A stretch of 64,000 nt of DNA from Lingula anatina (GCA_051362555.1 CM120646.1:18724001-18788000); one strand, 5' to 3'; positions 1-14,896 are shown, counted from the first letter of the stretch. The notes: generated by a model from the letters alone, not told the origin. Numbers and translations are program-made.

Positions 1-30
1 TACTACTACTACTACTACTACTACTACATA

Positions 31-64
<34 letters not shown>

Positions 65-417
65 CGTGTCTCCTGTACCACGCACGGATGGTGTAACACA
101 ATGATGCGATACTTTGATTAAATTGATCTGACAGATTTCTTTGCAGAAAGTTTGGGTATGTGTGTCATTATGTAGCCCGTAAGAGACAGTTTAGTTCGAG
201 CAAGCAAATGACAAGTCAATAAACATATTCCCCAACCACAGGGCCATTACTGATTAACTTCAAATATTTAGGAAAATAATATCTCAGCAGATTATGTTTT
301 CTATGATATGACTAATACACAATGATATTTGTCCTTGACATCAGTGGCTCTGTTAATTAGCTTAAATTATCTAAACGTCAGAGCATCCAACCTCTTGGAA
401 GTGCAACGACGAATTCC

Positions 418-2677
418 TCACAGTTTCGCTTTCATTTTTTCAACTCTTTCCCTTAATCCGGCTCGAAGAAAACGCCGCAGAATTTTCCCGCTCTCAGTCT
501 TAGGGATCGACTTCACAATTACCACTCCACCCCGCAAACGCTTGTAAGGAGCCAACTTTTCTGAAAATGTGGTAAAAGTTGAGTGCAGTGGGAATTTTTG
601 TTTAATATTTTATATCGGTGCCCAATGCCCATGCATGCAATATACATGTACTCGTATATACTGCAAATTGCAAAAATATTGCACTATGACTTAACATCAA
701 ATTTTATGTAGCTTTTGGTTATCTATTAAAAGTATTGACAAAAATGATAACAAAAAAAAAAAAAAACACTATATTGAAACTTTAACAATATAGTATTGAC
801 CGAGTCGGCATGATTATAACCAGTCGAGGTCAGTGCTATTTTACCTGCCAAGAAGTCCATGATGTCCCTCCCAGTGGTCATTCTACCAGACTTAAGAACC
901 ACAAACGCCATGGGCAATTCTCCAGCCTCTTGGTCAGGTCGACCCACTACCGCCGCGTCTTCCACCGCTGGGTGGGTTACCAAGACACTCTCTAGCTCTG
1001 CTGGCGCCACCTAGTCAGCAAAAAAATATATATATTCCGACGTTTTAAAATTTAAGAGAGTATGTGACACATATACAGAATGCCGGATAATGATTTACAC
1101 ATCACAGCACACAAATTGGTAGTTCGTTATGTACATGTAAATGTTGAGATTTAAAAACTACGTCCTTTTCGCTAGTTTTGGTCACGGCTCTAGTCTTTTA
1201 CCTGGAACCCTTTGAACTTGATCATCTCCTTAATACGGTCCTTGATATATAGGTACTGATCCTCGTCGTAGTGTCCAATGTCACCTAAATTTAACAGAAA
1301 AATGAATACTTGAAGTGACAAAATTAGATTAATATATAAAAAAATACAGTAGCCAGTTCACATTGGTCCCCTCTTGAAAAAAGAAGTCTGACTAACTGAA
1401 TCATAGTTCTAAAGCGTACCAAATGGCACAGTTCGCCCTCTATAAAATAGGCCTACGATTAAACGCCACGCATTGGGGGGAGGGGGGGAGTCGGCTTTGC
1501 ATCCGCGGACCACCCCTTAAAATAATCCTGGATCCACCCCTGGGCCAGAAATAGGTTTACTTAAGCGTAATTAGATTTTTTTATTATCCATAAATTAATA
1601 AGTGGTAAATTAAAAGTTAAATATTTGTCTTGGTGGGGGCTCATCATTACATCGGTAGCCAGACAGTAGCAAAGGCTATAGGCCTATCTTCATGTTTTTG
1701 TAATTAGGCCTACTGAGTGCAAAGGACCCATGCAAGACCAAATATTTCAAATTAGCAGGGAAGGCTGACCGGTGTGTATCCAGCCGTCCTTGTCCAATGT
1801 GGCCGCAGTGGCAACAGGATTATTCAAGTAGCCTATGAAAACTTGAGGGCCTCGGAACCATAGTTCGCCATCTTGGTTTGGACCAAGTTCCTTCTTCGTG
1901 ATGGGGTCCACCACCTGTGTAGAATATGATCATATGTCAAGGACGCGTGCAAAGAAAGAAACATGTTGTCATTATATAGCATTGTTTGAAGACAGAGCAC
2001 ATATCTCTAACGCTGTTACGGTAGGGGCTTGAGGTGAACAATGTAAGAAATGTTTAACAAATTAATAGTATATCACTTTTAGCGTGCTTTGTGCATATAA
2101 TTTTCATAACCTTTGCAGGCAGAAATTGACGTTTCCGCTTTTCGCTTTTATTGTGAGCAGCTTTCATGCATTGAAATTAGAAAAGATATACTTTGTATCT
2201 AATTCTTTGTTGGTATATAGGCCCTACATGTACTCGCGCAGAATATCTCGGGAAGCTTCGATGCATGTCCAAATCTCTTGTAAGTATACGTATACGCACG
2301 GTACGAGTACTAGTAAGTTAACCTCATTCACCTTACACTCTGTATTTGGGACTAAAACTCCAGACGCTCCTGGTCGCCTTAAGTGTCTTGAAAGTGGTGG
2401 CAAGGAGCAGAAAGGACCAGTTTCTGTTAATCCATAGGCCCCTAACCTTAAAATACAATACGTCATAACGGTATGTGTTATGGAGTAATTATCACATGCG
2501 ATCCCATTGCGTTTTACTTTGAACAGTTAAAATTTAAATCCGAGACCTGTAATAAAGTTTGAGTAGGCCTAAATAGGGCCATCTTTTTCAGGTAACAATT
2601 AAATTCTATCAAAATAATTACCACAAATATTGGGTCTCTTATTCATCCATAAATTAACATCACGAATAATAAGGAAC

Positions 2678-2708
<31 letters not shown>

Positions 2709-4489
2709 AAAATTCATCTGACAGATGAATATTCGCAACTGGTACATTCCCCAAAAGCCTGAAGGCTAAAGTGTCGCCACCTTGTGTCAGACTACACGTC
2801 CCAAGACGCGCCTCCAGTTCCTCTTCTGAATCACTCCCCAGTGGGGCTGATGCTGACATGATGGTTTCCACACAAGATAGGTCGTATTTTGCCACACTGG
2901 GGTGCTTGGCCATCCTAATGACAATGGGAGGCGCCGCAAACAGATACCGGATCTGGGAATAATTTTAAAGCGGGTGGTCAATCCATGTTACAGGTAAATA
3001 CTGTATTTTCCAGCTGTTAATGTTAGTACTTGAGCGTGGTTATGTACTAGTGCATGTATGTTTTCACTATTACTTTGGTATGACAATTACTGAACGTGTA
3101 TTGCAAATTAACACTGTAGAAGCGTTTTGATATCATTGATAATTTCTGTTGTATGTTCTCAAACTTCTTCATTTATGTCTTTTTTAGAATACAGAATTAT
3201 CTTAATGTCAAAAGCAATTTCTAAGGTGACCATCTCCCCTCCCATTTGGTGTTCGTCCACAGATTAGCCCGATGGTATCTTCGTTGATGTTCTCATGCAA
3301 TCGTATATGACCAATCAAATTATCTGATTTTCTCGTGTGAAATGTGAGCTTTATCTTTTTGGTCATCGTGGCCACGTGTGTCAAGATAATAACGTCATTA
3401 ACCACCATGGTTGTAAGCAATCATTATCAGCGACAACTTAACCCATTTTATGTTAAAATAATACGATTAGTAATTCTGCAATAGATTTTTTCCACATTAG
3501 GATAATTATTATGTGCGCTTACTTTGTACTTTTCAATGGCGGCCAGGAAATCTTCAAAGTCGAATTTTCTCATGCATACAATTGTCTGTTTGAATTTGAT
3601 CGATCCGATATTGATGACAAGTAAACCAAAGCCATGGAAGAAAGGAAGATACCCCAAGACAAAATCTACACCAGGGCGTCCGGTGTATATAAAATCTCTG
3701 AAATGATATTTTCAATTCTTTTCAATCTCAGAAATGAAATTTCATATTAGGTTTTTTTTACTGTTTCGAAGTGTTACGTGATATAATCAGTTATGGGAGA
3801 CTTAAGGAACACATTTGTTAATACATTGAATGCTGATAGATGCAATCTGACAGGAATAATCAAAAATACAAGGATGATGAAAATTGCCAATGATCTAGTG
3901 CTTGTATAGGCCCACTAGGCTACGTGTAAATTTGTATGCTCGTTATGTTATATAGTCATGTGTAGTTTTTTATCAATGATAATTCCCTCTTAACGATAAA
4001 AAACGTAGTCAACGATACAATCAGTGTTATTTTAAAGGTCTACCTCGACTGCAAGAGATTGGCGACAATATTGTAGTGCGTGAGCATCACACCCTTGGGC
4101 AGGCCTGTCGTGCCACTGGAAAACGGGAGGAGTGCGACATCTTGCGGCGAGATGTTGACGTCATCAGGGAAGGCAGAACCGCTGTCATTTAGAAGTTCGG
4201 TGAATGGGGTGCATCCCTGGGCGCTGCCTAATACGTACACAGCCTAATGAGAGAAAAAGTGGATGAATGAACCGCATGTACCCCTGGGCCCCGTAACTGG
4301 AAAGCATCGCATATTGCGAATAGCGATATCACATAGAGGCTACAGTGTAGGCTATTATATAGGGCGAGTATGGGCGGTCGCAATGCGCGGTGCTTTCGAG
4401 TTACGGGCCCTGATTTGTGAACTTACGCGCACTAAGTAAAAGTGATGAGAAATCTGGAATGAGTGTGAGAGGGAGAGAGAGAGGGAGAC

Positions 4490-4534
<45 letters not shown>

Positions 4535-5764
4535 AACCTTTATTTCAGTTGTAGCAGCAACTCTGACGGCCTTCTCTGCACACTCAGGCACTGTGATTAT
4601 ATACTGCACATGCGCAAGTTTCATTTGCTTTTCCAGTTCTTCTATTTATAGAAAAAATGGGTAAAGTTGCATTAAAACTCTTGTAGGCCTACGTTGTACC
4701 TAACGACAATACATGAATAGAATAAGTAAGAACCATGATGACAAACTGCCTTTCGCTGCATTATTTATTCAACGTGCATACAACCATGAATAAAGAACAG
4801 CTCTTTTGTGACCAGATGCATATTAAGCACGTTATCTCTATAACAGCATAAAAGATCTAAGACAAAAAAAAAAATTAAGCAAGTGTCAACCGTGCGCACT
4901 GAGTCTAACCTGCTGTGTACTGTGGGTTACAAGTGGTAACGATCCCACCCACAGCAAGAGTTCCCAGTAATACTAAGGGAAACTCCGGAACGTTCGGGCA
5001 ATATATACACAACACGTCTCCCTTTCGAAAACCCTTACGGGTGAGCGCGCTGCCGATGGATCTCACGTGGTTTCTGATGTCACCGTACGTATATTTGATG
5101 TCACTTTGGGTGTCGACCTGATAAAAGAAGATCGTGTTCAAATTCAAATGAAAAGTTAAACTGAAGGATATACATGTAACATCAGATTAGGGTTCATTTT
5201 AAAGTCGATACGGGTTTGATTACTTTCCCTTTCTCTCACTGAAACTATAATTCTGTACATCTCTTTCAATAAGTGAAAAAATAGATAAATTAACAAATAA
5301 ATAAATGAGCACATTTCCTGATTTTGATATGGCCCTTTGTGCTCTTTTAATACATTTTTAAAAAGTTTCGATCAAAGGAGTACAACGGTCTGAACACAAG
5401 ATGGTAAAGTAAATATATAAAATCACTACCGTACGGGTTACAGGGGTACGTACGTGTACGCCATCTCACGAAAATATCCTAGGTACGATATGATGTAGTA
5501 ACAAAACGGTGACTGCTTAACTACTGATATTCGAATAACTGCGCTCTCTTTCTCTCTCTTCCTCCCCTTCTCTCTCTCTCTAAGAATGTGTGTGTGTGCG
5601 TGCGTGTGTGTGCTCGCGCGCGCGAGAGAGAGAGAACGAGCGAGAGAGACAGCAACACTTACCACTGCTATAAAGTCTGCATATTTGTCAACATCAGCCA
5701 GCAGAAAGTCCGTTATGGAGACCCACGGTATACGAACATCGGGAAGACGACTCCGAATCCCCAT
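418..5764 (-). CDS. Firefly-luciferase-like / 4-coumarate-CoA-ligase-like peroxisomal acyl-CoA synthetase (ANL superfamily), about 11 coding exons
   Basis: Spliced exons give [10 protein letters not shown]..., [16 protein letters not shown] (AMP-binding motif, ~4070-4130), [21 protein letters not shown]|DIG...[14 protein letters not shown]|VAPAELE, and last exon ...[12 protein letters not shown]...KMKAKL* (TGA at 418-420). C-terminal AKL fits the PTS1 consensus. Confidence 0.92.
4283..4412. mobile_element. Short inverted-repeat element (MITE-like) in an acyl-CoA synthetase intron
   Basis: GGGCCCCGTAACTGGAAAGCATCGCATATTGCGA ... TCGCAATGCGCGGTGCTTTCGAGTTACGGGCCC form imperfect terminal inverted repeats. 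Confidence 0.55.
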
Positions 5765-6278
5765 GTTGAGCAGAACTTACTATAATTAGTAGAACAGGTT
5801 GACTTATACCATCCAGGATTCCTCGTACACAAAGCAGTCCACGCACTAGTATAGAACAGTCGTTGAAGCTGTTGAACACGGATGGACTTGAATAAATCCA
5901 CCTGTAGAAGTTGTTTGGACAGACTGTTCAAGATGTTTTTAAAAAAAATGCAGTACTTTTTCAGTTTGTCTTACAACTGTAAGATCGACGCCCTGATAAA
6001 GCAGTCTCGCAGCGAATGACTTCAAATGAACTTAGAACGGTCATCATTGTCTGATCTTGTCGGCATAGCAATTTAGCAACGCCGTAATTTTCATATGAAT
6101 ACATCCTAACTCGTGCAGGCATTTATTAATTTATACATTTGCTTATACTAGGTCCGTATATTTCAGAGCGCAGCAATTTTATTAACAGAATTGGTATTAA
6201 ACAAGCACCTAGGCCTTCCTACCACACACTTTCACAACTTTCCAATGAATTGAGAAGGGTTCAGTTAGCATGTCCTTG

Positions 6279-6468
6279 CAGACCCGTAGCCAGCAACTTT
6301 AAAAGTTTTTTTTTCAGAAAAAGTGGGCCTTTTACCATGAATTCTTTCGTGCACCTAGATAAAATTGTAGCCAGAGGGGACCTTTTCCCGACAAAAAGGG
6401 GACTCTTTCGACCCCCCCCCCCCCCAAAAAAAAAAAAAAAAAAAAAAAAAAAACTGGCTACGGGCACG
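6279..6468. mobile_element. ~190 bp MITE family A, copy 1
   Basis: Termini CAGACCCGTAGCCAG ... CTGGCTACGGGCACG; the internal sequence is the reverse complement of the copies at 13449 and 41297. Confidence 0.7.
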
Positions 6469-9400
6469 AAGCCCGAATAATTTATCCTTGTGGCGGGCAA
6501 TATCCTGCTCCAACCTTTAATGGATATATTTTACATACCTGTATACTAGTACAGCCCGATATGTTCTGTGGTGTCTCAGAAAACTAGTTTATTAGTAACA
6601 GTTGCGCATACATGTATACATTTTAGGTAACAACCCTTACAAGTAAAGCACATGTATTTACTCCATCCTCGCTTTTTTCGCGCGCAACTTATGTGACTTT
6701 CCTTTGTTATGAAAGATGCGCCTTTTGCCTCCCTTAGAAGTAATGCTGTGGTTGCTTTATATCTAGAATTTAAATGATATAAACAAGAACACAAAACGCT
6801 CGTAACACGTAACCCTCCAAGCTCCCCGGTACCATTACGCTATACCTATAACCTCAAATAAGATAACACGCAGAATGCTATATCATTCATGGTCTGATAA
6901 CGCCACGTACTGTTGTGTTCGCTACTAGATACATTTATCAAGGCAATAATCACACCGCAAATTTATGACTTCTGGCACAGCAATTATTGTGTCCCCAATC
7001 TTGTTAGCAACGACATCCGAATGAGAAAGTAGATACTGTATATATTAGGGCGTCTGCATATTTTATTGACTTATTTTAAAGGTGTTATATATCTGAGTCA
7101 TTTACCATCACTTCGCTAGGTGACACCTGAATACTATATAAAAGCCTAAAATCAATTTGACACGCTTGGATATTACAAAAGCCTAAAACCATAAGGTCTC
7201 AAGTGGCGGAAAAAAACCAAGTTACACAGGGATGGCATGATATGTCAGATTATTTGATCAAAGTATTGCATCAAAACGTCATGTTAAACGCAATACTTTG
7301 ATTAATAATCTGACATATTATGATGCAATACTTTGATTAAATAATCTGAAATATTGCTATGCAAAAAATGAGTGCGTCATTACGTAGTCCGTAACAGTCA
7401 GCGTACGATGGCCCTGCAAATTCATAGTTGGAAAACAAATTTATATAATGACAGGCAGTGACCTCCAGCTACTTGTCGGCCGAGAAATCATAGTAAATGG
7501 CCCTCATGTAAGCCTCCATCTCATCCCTAAGCAAGCTACGGAATAGGTGTATCGCTTTAAATATTTCCAGTAGCATTTCTACGATCAAATGTGACAGGGG
7601 TTCTCTATCGCAATTCATAATAATATTAAATATGAGAATAGTTTCATCGGATCTCAGTTTTGATAATCAGAAAGTTTTCATTTATGATAGATCCAGATAT
7701 TTGATTTACCTGTTGACTGTTTCGTCTGTTCGCTCTGACAGACTTGGTCACAACTAAATAACCCGTTCAGGTGGAGGTGAACAGGTAATTACCTCAATCT
7801 CGATGATGACTTGTTAGTCCCTCTCGCCCTCTCCCCCCAGGGTGGGTTTGAGAATGTCGTCATACACACTGGACAGCTTGTGTGCTCCTTCATATGACGA
7901 CACTGCACAACTTATACTCAATGCTATCAGTAACCTAGTATAATATTACAAATTCTGAAAATCAAAGGTGACCTGAGGAATAACTATAGTTATTTTTCTA
8001 TGAATCAGTATCTAAATGTTAAATAATGCTAAAATAAAAACACCCAGCTAGGAATAGAACGAGCGAACTCATCCAGCAGTTATTGCCTTTACTGATGCTG
8101 GTTGGCGATGGTATGACGTTTTTATCACGTGACAATATCTGTGGGATAGTCTCAAGCCACAATTTCATACGCTTTGGAATCACGTCCATTTTACTGGTGA
8201 TGTCATCTCCGAGCTCTATATAATGCTTCTGAGAATCTTTGTACTGTTTCCATTCAGTGGGAACTGCTTTTGGTAAATTTGGATTGCTAGAAAAAATGAA
8301 AATGTTATAATAAGCTACTGGTATAAGTAACAAGCTGTATTATGTATGCAATTTGAACCTTAAAACACACGATCAAAAAGGAAAGATACAAGCATGTAAC
8401 AATTAAAACATGTTTCGCATCAATACTTTAAAAAATGAATTTGGCTGGTCGGTAATTCTTCCTTGTCAAAAAAAGATGGCATAGGCATTTTTAGAGATAT
8501 TCGTTTTTGCCGTGTTTTCGTCGACAAAATAGCCAGTCAGGGCTGTATTGTCTGTAACATGTGCGCAATAATGACACTTTTGTTGCGTATTAATGCAAGG
8601 TATGTGAATTTCATGCTTCCGTTGTTCCCATGTATTATTGCTACTACAGTAATTTTGCCAGTATTTCAAAATCGCGTAGTTTACGAGTACACGTGCGGAA
8701 TAAGGTCGACCGGACATCATAGCATCGACTCCTACTGCAGGCTTGGGTCAACCAATGATTTATTAGTAGGAAAAATAGCTTTGCTCTAGAAAAAAATTGT
8801 GGAACAGCCATCTCGTATAAATCACCGTTGTTTAGTTTTTAAGGTGGGAAACCGCCAGAAGAGTAAAGAAAACATGCGCATCAACAACAAATAAACGAAT
8901 AAACGAAAGAAAAGACATTCATTTTAAATTCTTACCCAGTTTTGGCGAAGTTTGACCAATATGTCTGCATCGATCTTGAAAACCTCCGCTCTCCTTCGTT
9001 GAAGGTCACATTCCATGTAGTGTGACTAACATTTGGACCTATGATGAAGCCTATGTCTGCGGCATGGTTAGATCCTCTGAACCATGATAGCGCACTTTGC
9101 CAAGACGGGATTTTCGTGAACAAATACAGATAAGACGACTTGTTGGTTGAAGTCAAGTGGCTTGTGAGAAGAGTCAACGTCGGCCCTGCAAACTCTAAAT
9201 CCGTTAACAAATCCACATAATGGCGGGCAGTGGCCTCCTTGTCGGCCGAGGGATCATAGTAAATGTCTTTCATCTTAGCCTCGATTTCATCCTTATGCAG
9301 CGCTGAAATTTGAAGAGCAAGTTGTGGAATGAGCGTGTCACGTAATTTGTCTCCAGGTATACCTGAGTGTAGTTGAATGGTAACTTGAAGAGAAAGACTC

Positions 9401-10361
9401 CACCATCAGAATCAGTGAAACCAATTAAGTAGTCCACAGACCGGAAGTGACGTAATACATCCGAATCAGTATCTTTCAGCTGTTCCGTGACAGACCGAGG
9501 AAACAAGTCTCCATCCACAACAGGGCTAAACCCGAAATAAGTCCTCCCAGCAGTGATTTGGCTGCTGGCGTTTATTAGTGCTACAGAGTCTTGGTTTTGT
9601 AAGCATCGAACAAGTTTTGCTGTGTCTGTGGTTGTTGCGTTACAGCCGAGAAGATTACCGATTGTCATAGCAACGTCGATGGCATCGTGTACCCAGGCCC
9701 ATGGGCTCAGTGCTGCTCCGCTTTGGCTGATGACTCGATGGAAAAGACCTTTTGTGGCTGTTGTCATGGCAAGTTGGGAAACGCTGCTTGCACCAGCTGA
9801 TTCGCCAAATATAGTAATCCTAAATTTAAAGAAGCATATGTAGATATAAAAACACCTTTATTGTGCTCGTATCTGCGCAAAAGGCGGGTATAAAGATCTA
9901 TTCATGTCGATACATGTAGATACTGTTTCTTATGTGAAGCTCAACCTCTTTGACGGTATATAAATGAGTAAGATGTATCCCTCGTGAATGAATGAATGAA
10001 TGCTACATGCACAAATAGTTGTAAATATACATGTACTTATAAGGAACAATATTGATGCAAGTGTTTTTTTAGAGCATTTTTGTTCTGCAATACATTAAAT
10101 AATTATGGCTTTGCTATATAACTGTCTTTTAAGTTTACATACATTAAACCAGTATAATCTCACGTGTAAATGTTACATCTAACTTATCATTTCAATTGTT
10201 TTGACGGTATTTAATAATAAGTCGTGTAATTCAATTGTTTCTGGTTGGAACTACTGCATATCATTATCATCATCGTCGTCGTTGTTGTTGTTGTTGTTGC
10301 TGTTGTTGTTGCTGTTATTGCAGTATATCTACATGATATATTTGGACGTAGCAATAACTCA

Positions 10362-10547
<186 letters not shown>

Positions 10548-10612
10548 TTACATTTCGGTTAGATAAAGTGATCGTGACGTTGGTTTACAAAAATACCAGT
10601 TACGCTACTTAA

Positions 10613-10907
10613 AGGTATGCACGTACTTTTAGCGTTTGAATTCTTAATGTCTATATTCTGCAAAAATTTTCATCTTTCTAATGAATTTAGACATCTTAAA
10701 CGACGATTAATATCTTCAAATAAAGTCAAGAAGACAACGGAGATCCAAACGAATCACGGTTTGTTTTGGACTAAGTTATTTAGAAATATACAAAACATTG
10801 AATCCCAATGGTAGGATGGGACGTACAATGATTCCCTGGTCGGAGGAAGTAGCATTTTTCCCATGGGGAATGAAAACTGACACACAAATTCCGTAGGTTG
10901 TACACCT
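10613..10907. mobile_element. TTAA-flanked non-autonomous DNA element (Kolobok/piggyBac-type ends)
   Basis: TTAA|AGGTATGCAC ... GTACACCT|TTAA; short imperfect TIR. Confidence 0.4.
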
Positions 10908-11549
10908 TTAATTGTATGTCAATACTGTCCACTTTGAGATACACGTGTTGGAATATACTTTATATGAACATACGGAGTGCGAAAATTCTTATTTGTAGAA
11001 ATAATCGACATATTTCAGGCATATCACCTACTTACATGTAAATACCAGTAGACCATGCAGTTTTCGTGGCATGCATGCAAATAAAATGACAGCCTCCTTC
11101 TAAAATATATTTTATGTAAGACAGAAAATCAATCAGTGAATACTCACCCAAGTCATCAAATATGTAGTATACCGACCCGCCCATATTGTACCCCCCTCCG
11201 TATATCCAGACCATTACCGCCTTACTTAGGCTGGCATTGAAAACTCCAGGTACGAGCACGTTAAGGGTCAGACAGTCTTCCGACTAAAATAAAAGAGAGA
11301 GTACAGGGCAAGGAAATCACTTATTGTCTACTAGTACTTCAATTAAATTTTATGTGTGGTTGTTCATTCGTCGGAAACAATGTGGACCATCTAGTCATTT
11401 TAACTGCTGCTTAAATTTGTGAGCGGAAGAATTTCCGGTTGATCTGCAGCCGTATGAGCAAATGAGTTGCCCTTCTCAAGACTGCATTGATTAACTTTTA
11501 GATATGAGGAGGGATAAGAAATCTATATAGGCCTACATGTAAACCTTAA

Positions 11550-11916
11550 AGGTATACATACAAACCGAGCATCGGTGGAGTGTAGATTCCCAGTATCACA
11601 TGGAAACCACTTCTACTAGTTTCTTATACGACTCAAATAAATTTGACATGCCAAGGGATAAACTGAATATATCACTCTATCAGCCATAAAAGAGCTTTAG
11701 ACTGCTCCTTTCTTTAAATTTTTGGTCGGAAATTTAACCTACTTTTCTGCCCCATTGACATACAGCATAGAATGCTAGCAGAAAAATCTGTTCAAACATC
11801 GTTTTCGGGTAAAATTAAACTATGCCTTTTGGTAATTCCCTTAGTTATACTACTTTAACCTATATGCTGGTATTTGGTTGGTTTTTGTGGCAAAAAAATT
11901 GACTTTGTATGCATCT
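11550..11916. mobile_element. TTAA-flanked non-autonomous DNA element
   Basis: TTAA|AGGTATACATACAAA ... TTTGTATGCATCT|TTAA. Confidence 0.5.
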
Positions 11917-13448
11917 TTAATTCCTCTGACATCGAAAATCCAGTCATCATCATTTTAATAAATGGAGCAACTCTGATCCTTGTAACGGACAGATTATATA
12001 TCAGTTGAGACCCAACCTTTCTGGTTAATCATTATGCTTATATAGAACAAATGAATTTAAATCTACGCCAAAGATACACACAGGGATTAGTGCGATATGA
12101 GTTTTATTTGAACGCCAGTGATCGGACAAACTTGATTTGCCTATTTAACCGTTACACACATAGGAATGCACAACGAGGTTAAAGTAATTAAATAATTTTA
12201 CCTGCATATACTTGTTACGTTAAATATGTATTTAGTATTCCTGATGGATTTATAAAAGTCTGAATAGTATAGGTTTACGAGAGAAAGAAAGAAGTCCCTT
12301 TGTCCCAATTAAAACATTTTTATTGCAGGACTTTGTTCGTGCCTCACCGCTCATGTTGTCCCTCCCCTTCATATATATTAAGGGGCGCGTTTATGTTACA
12401 TGACCCTTAACAATCTTAGTTGTAATAACTCGTTCTGGTGAAAATGAGAGAGAGAGAGAGAGAGAGAGAACCAGCATTCAGTCAGAACTAGTTGTGAAAA
12501 TAAGGGCATACGAGATCAGGCTCCGAATCTCAGATGTTTGCTTAGAACCTCTGGTCAGTGGACTGCATTTTAATCTGAATAAATTGCGTGCGTGCAAGTA
12601 ACACTATCCTATTTAGGCGTGACGTCTCAACATTGCTAGCTTAAAACCGTTAGAAGAAGCATTCTTTATGTTGCCTTCAAACAGTCTTTTTTTATATTTC
12701 ATTCGTACCTGGTAAAAATCTGGCACCCAAGTCTGCATACAAGACGGGCCATGTTTCGTGGCATTTTTAATACCTGTCCAGTTACCTGCCGGCTGAGGTT
12801 TCATGAAGCGCAAAGCCCCCAGAGGCGGTTTGGCAAACGGAATCCCCATGAACCTATTAAGCGTTTTCCCCTGAACCGACTCCTTGATTCCTTCGAGTTT
12901 ACCGTTTGTAATGGTGACAAGTGTTTGTGAATTGACACCAGAAACAAACAGCATACTGGTAAATAACATTAAAGTTTCTATGATATGTTCTAGCTTCCAC
13001 GCCTCCATTTTGTCTTTCTTACGTACGCCCTAGTAGTACGGATATCGTCAAGATTAGCACATGCCCTTATCTGTATGTATAACAATTAACTGCTGACTTG
13101 TTATTATCAAGGTAAATAATTGTATGAAGTCAACGTCCAACAATTAGATAATACCAAACGCAACTTTCAATGACTTAAGAGCAGTGGGGTAATGTTGAAC
13201 AAGTTTATTACCTATGTGTTTTAAATAACCAATAAATTATAATTTGTCAATACCTGTACAAAAAATGAATTGATATTTAAAAGCCAATATTACGTCTGCT
13301 TACATTCAGACTCATCCGGGAAATTAGGGCAGTGATAGGTATTGCAACCTTTCACCCCTCAGGTATGCCGGTTAGTCCGGTGCCCCCCTCCTATGTTCGC
13401 CGCACCAAGGAGAGGAGCGAGCTGGCGACGTAGCTTATGCATTTATAT

Positions 13449-13646
13449 CAGGGCCGTGGCCGGGGGGGGGGGGGGGGGGGGGGGGTGAGGGGGGGGGGGG
13501 GAAGGGGGTGTTCGAAACAACCCCCCCTTTTTGCCGGGAAAGGTCCCCTCTGGGTAAAATCTTATCTAGTTACACGAAGGTTTCATGGTAAAAGGTCCAC
13601 TTTTTCAGGAAAGAACCCCCTTTTGAAATTGCTGGCTACGGCACTG
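13449..13646. mobile_element. MITE family A, copy 2
   Basis: CAGGGCCGTGGCC ... GGCTACGGCACTG; shares ATCTAG..CACGAA..TTCATGGTAAAAGG.CCACTTTTTC with the other two copies. Confidence 0.7.
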
Positions 13647-13648
13647 TA

Positions 13649-14663
13649 GGGTAGACCGGGGCTAAACGCCCCCCTTAAGCAAGAAACATCACAATTTTCC
13701 CTGCTGAAGGTATAGACCGTTCAAAGTGGGTGTTAACTATGAAGGGCTGACTAGACTACAAACTGATACTAACACTTTTGGAAACAGACAAAAGAAAAAC
13801 CTTATAGGTAAAAAATAGGTAAATTATAAAATCGGCCTTTTTGCCCCATGGCTGGGGCATTACGCCTCGCACCACGGGGCTAAACGCCCACCGTGGGCGT
13901 CTTGCCCCAAACTATAGGCGTTATGCCCCGCCTTTGTACAAAGCAAAATAAAATCGAATTATATTTCTACGACACAACTTAGTAAGCCTTTAAAAGCAAC
14001 ATATAATATTTTGGGGTACTGAGATAATAAAAATACCCATCAAATTTATTCAGAATGAGCTGTAATTCTACTCTTTACGACAGGGCACTGTGATACTTCC
14101 AAAATTAAGTTCCTAGTACAGCCACTTGCTTTGGCTTTTCCCCATATAAGTGTTATAACTGATGATATACAGTAAAAAAACATGCATGAAAGAACACTTC
14201 CGCATCTTTTTAGAATTATTTTTTATTTAAAAACGAAAGGGGGCAAAACGCCCACTATAGGCGTTTTGCCCCATATCAGCATGGGCGTTTTGCCCCAAAG
14301 TGAGATTTTGTATATTTTTTCAAAATTCGGCGGGAAAAGTTTTATACAATCTGACTTCATCGAAACTTGTATGAAGGTCTGATACCATCCTATCTGTCAC
14401 CAACAAAGTTTTTTGAATTCGTGCATTTGGTAGGTGGTGTCACTGATGTTAAGGAAAAGGCTAAATAACAGTAAACAAGGCAAAAATGAACACATTATCA
14501 TAAAATGCTTATTTTTTAGTTTGTGGTCATCTCCGTCATGGAGGATAAGTCTGCTGGAAATCGGAAGTGGACAAAACATCACGAGACGCGTATTTATACG
14601 TAATACCTGAAAAAAAGCGGGTGGGCGTTTGACCCCAACTGGGCGTTTAGCCCCGGTCTACCC
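13649..14663. mobile_element. ~1 kb TA-flanked non-autonomous DNA transposon
   Basis: TA|GGGTAGACCGGGGCTAAACGCCC ... GGGCGTTTAGCCCCGGTCTACCC|TA (23 bp perfect TIR); internal GGGCGTTTTGCCCC-type sub-repeats; no transposase ORF. Confidence 0.85.
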
Positions 14664-14896
14664 TACCTGTATATCATATATACACTGTAACTACATAATA
14701 GTATCACAATAATACACAATAGTGCATTATTTAAACTTAAAAGTTACATGTACCTGATTATTGAAATCCAACTTTCAAAAATCTAAATTCAAACTTATAA
14801 CCCATCGTGAGTGAAAAACAGAATCAACAGATGATTTTTGGCGATGTAGGCTACATTTCTTCAGAATTTGCAAAGTCTAGTAATACATGTTTATAT

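Noticed and set aside
418-5764. Calling the gene a true luciferase or the locus a bioluminescence cluster
   Set aside because: Luciferase-like acyl-CoA synthetases are widespread in non-luminous animals, and the neighbouring sulfotransferase is Golgi GAL3ST-type rather than cytosolic SULT-type like firefly luciferin sulfotransferase.
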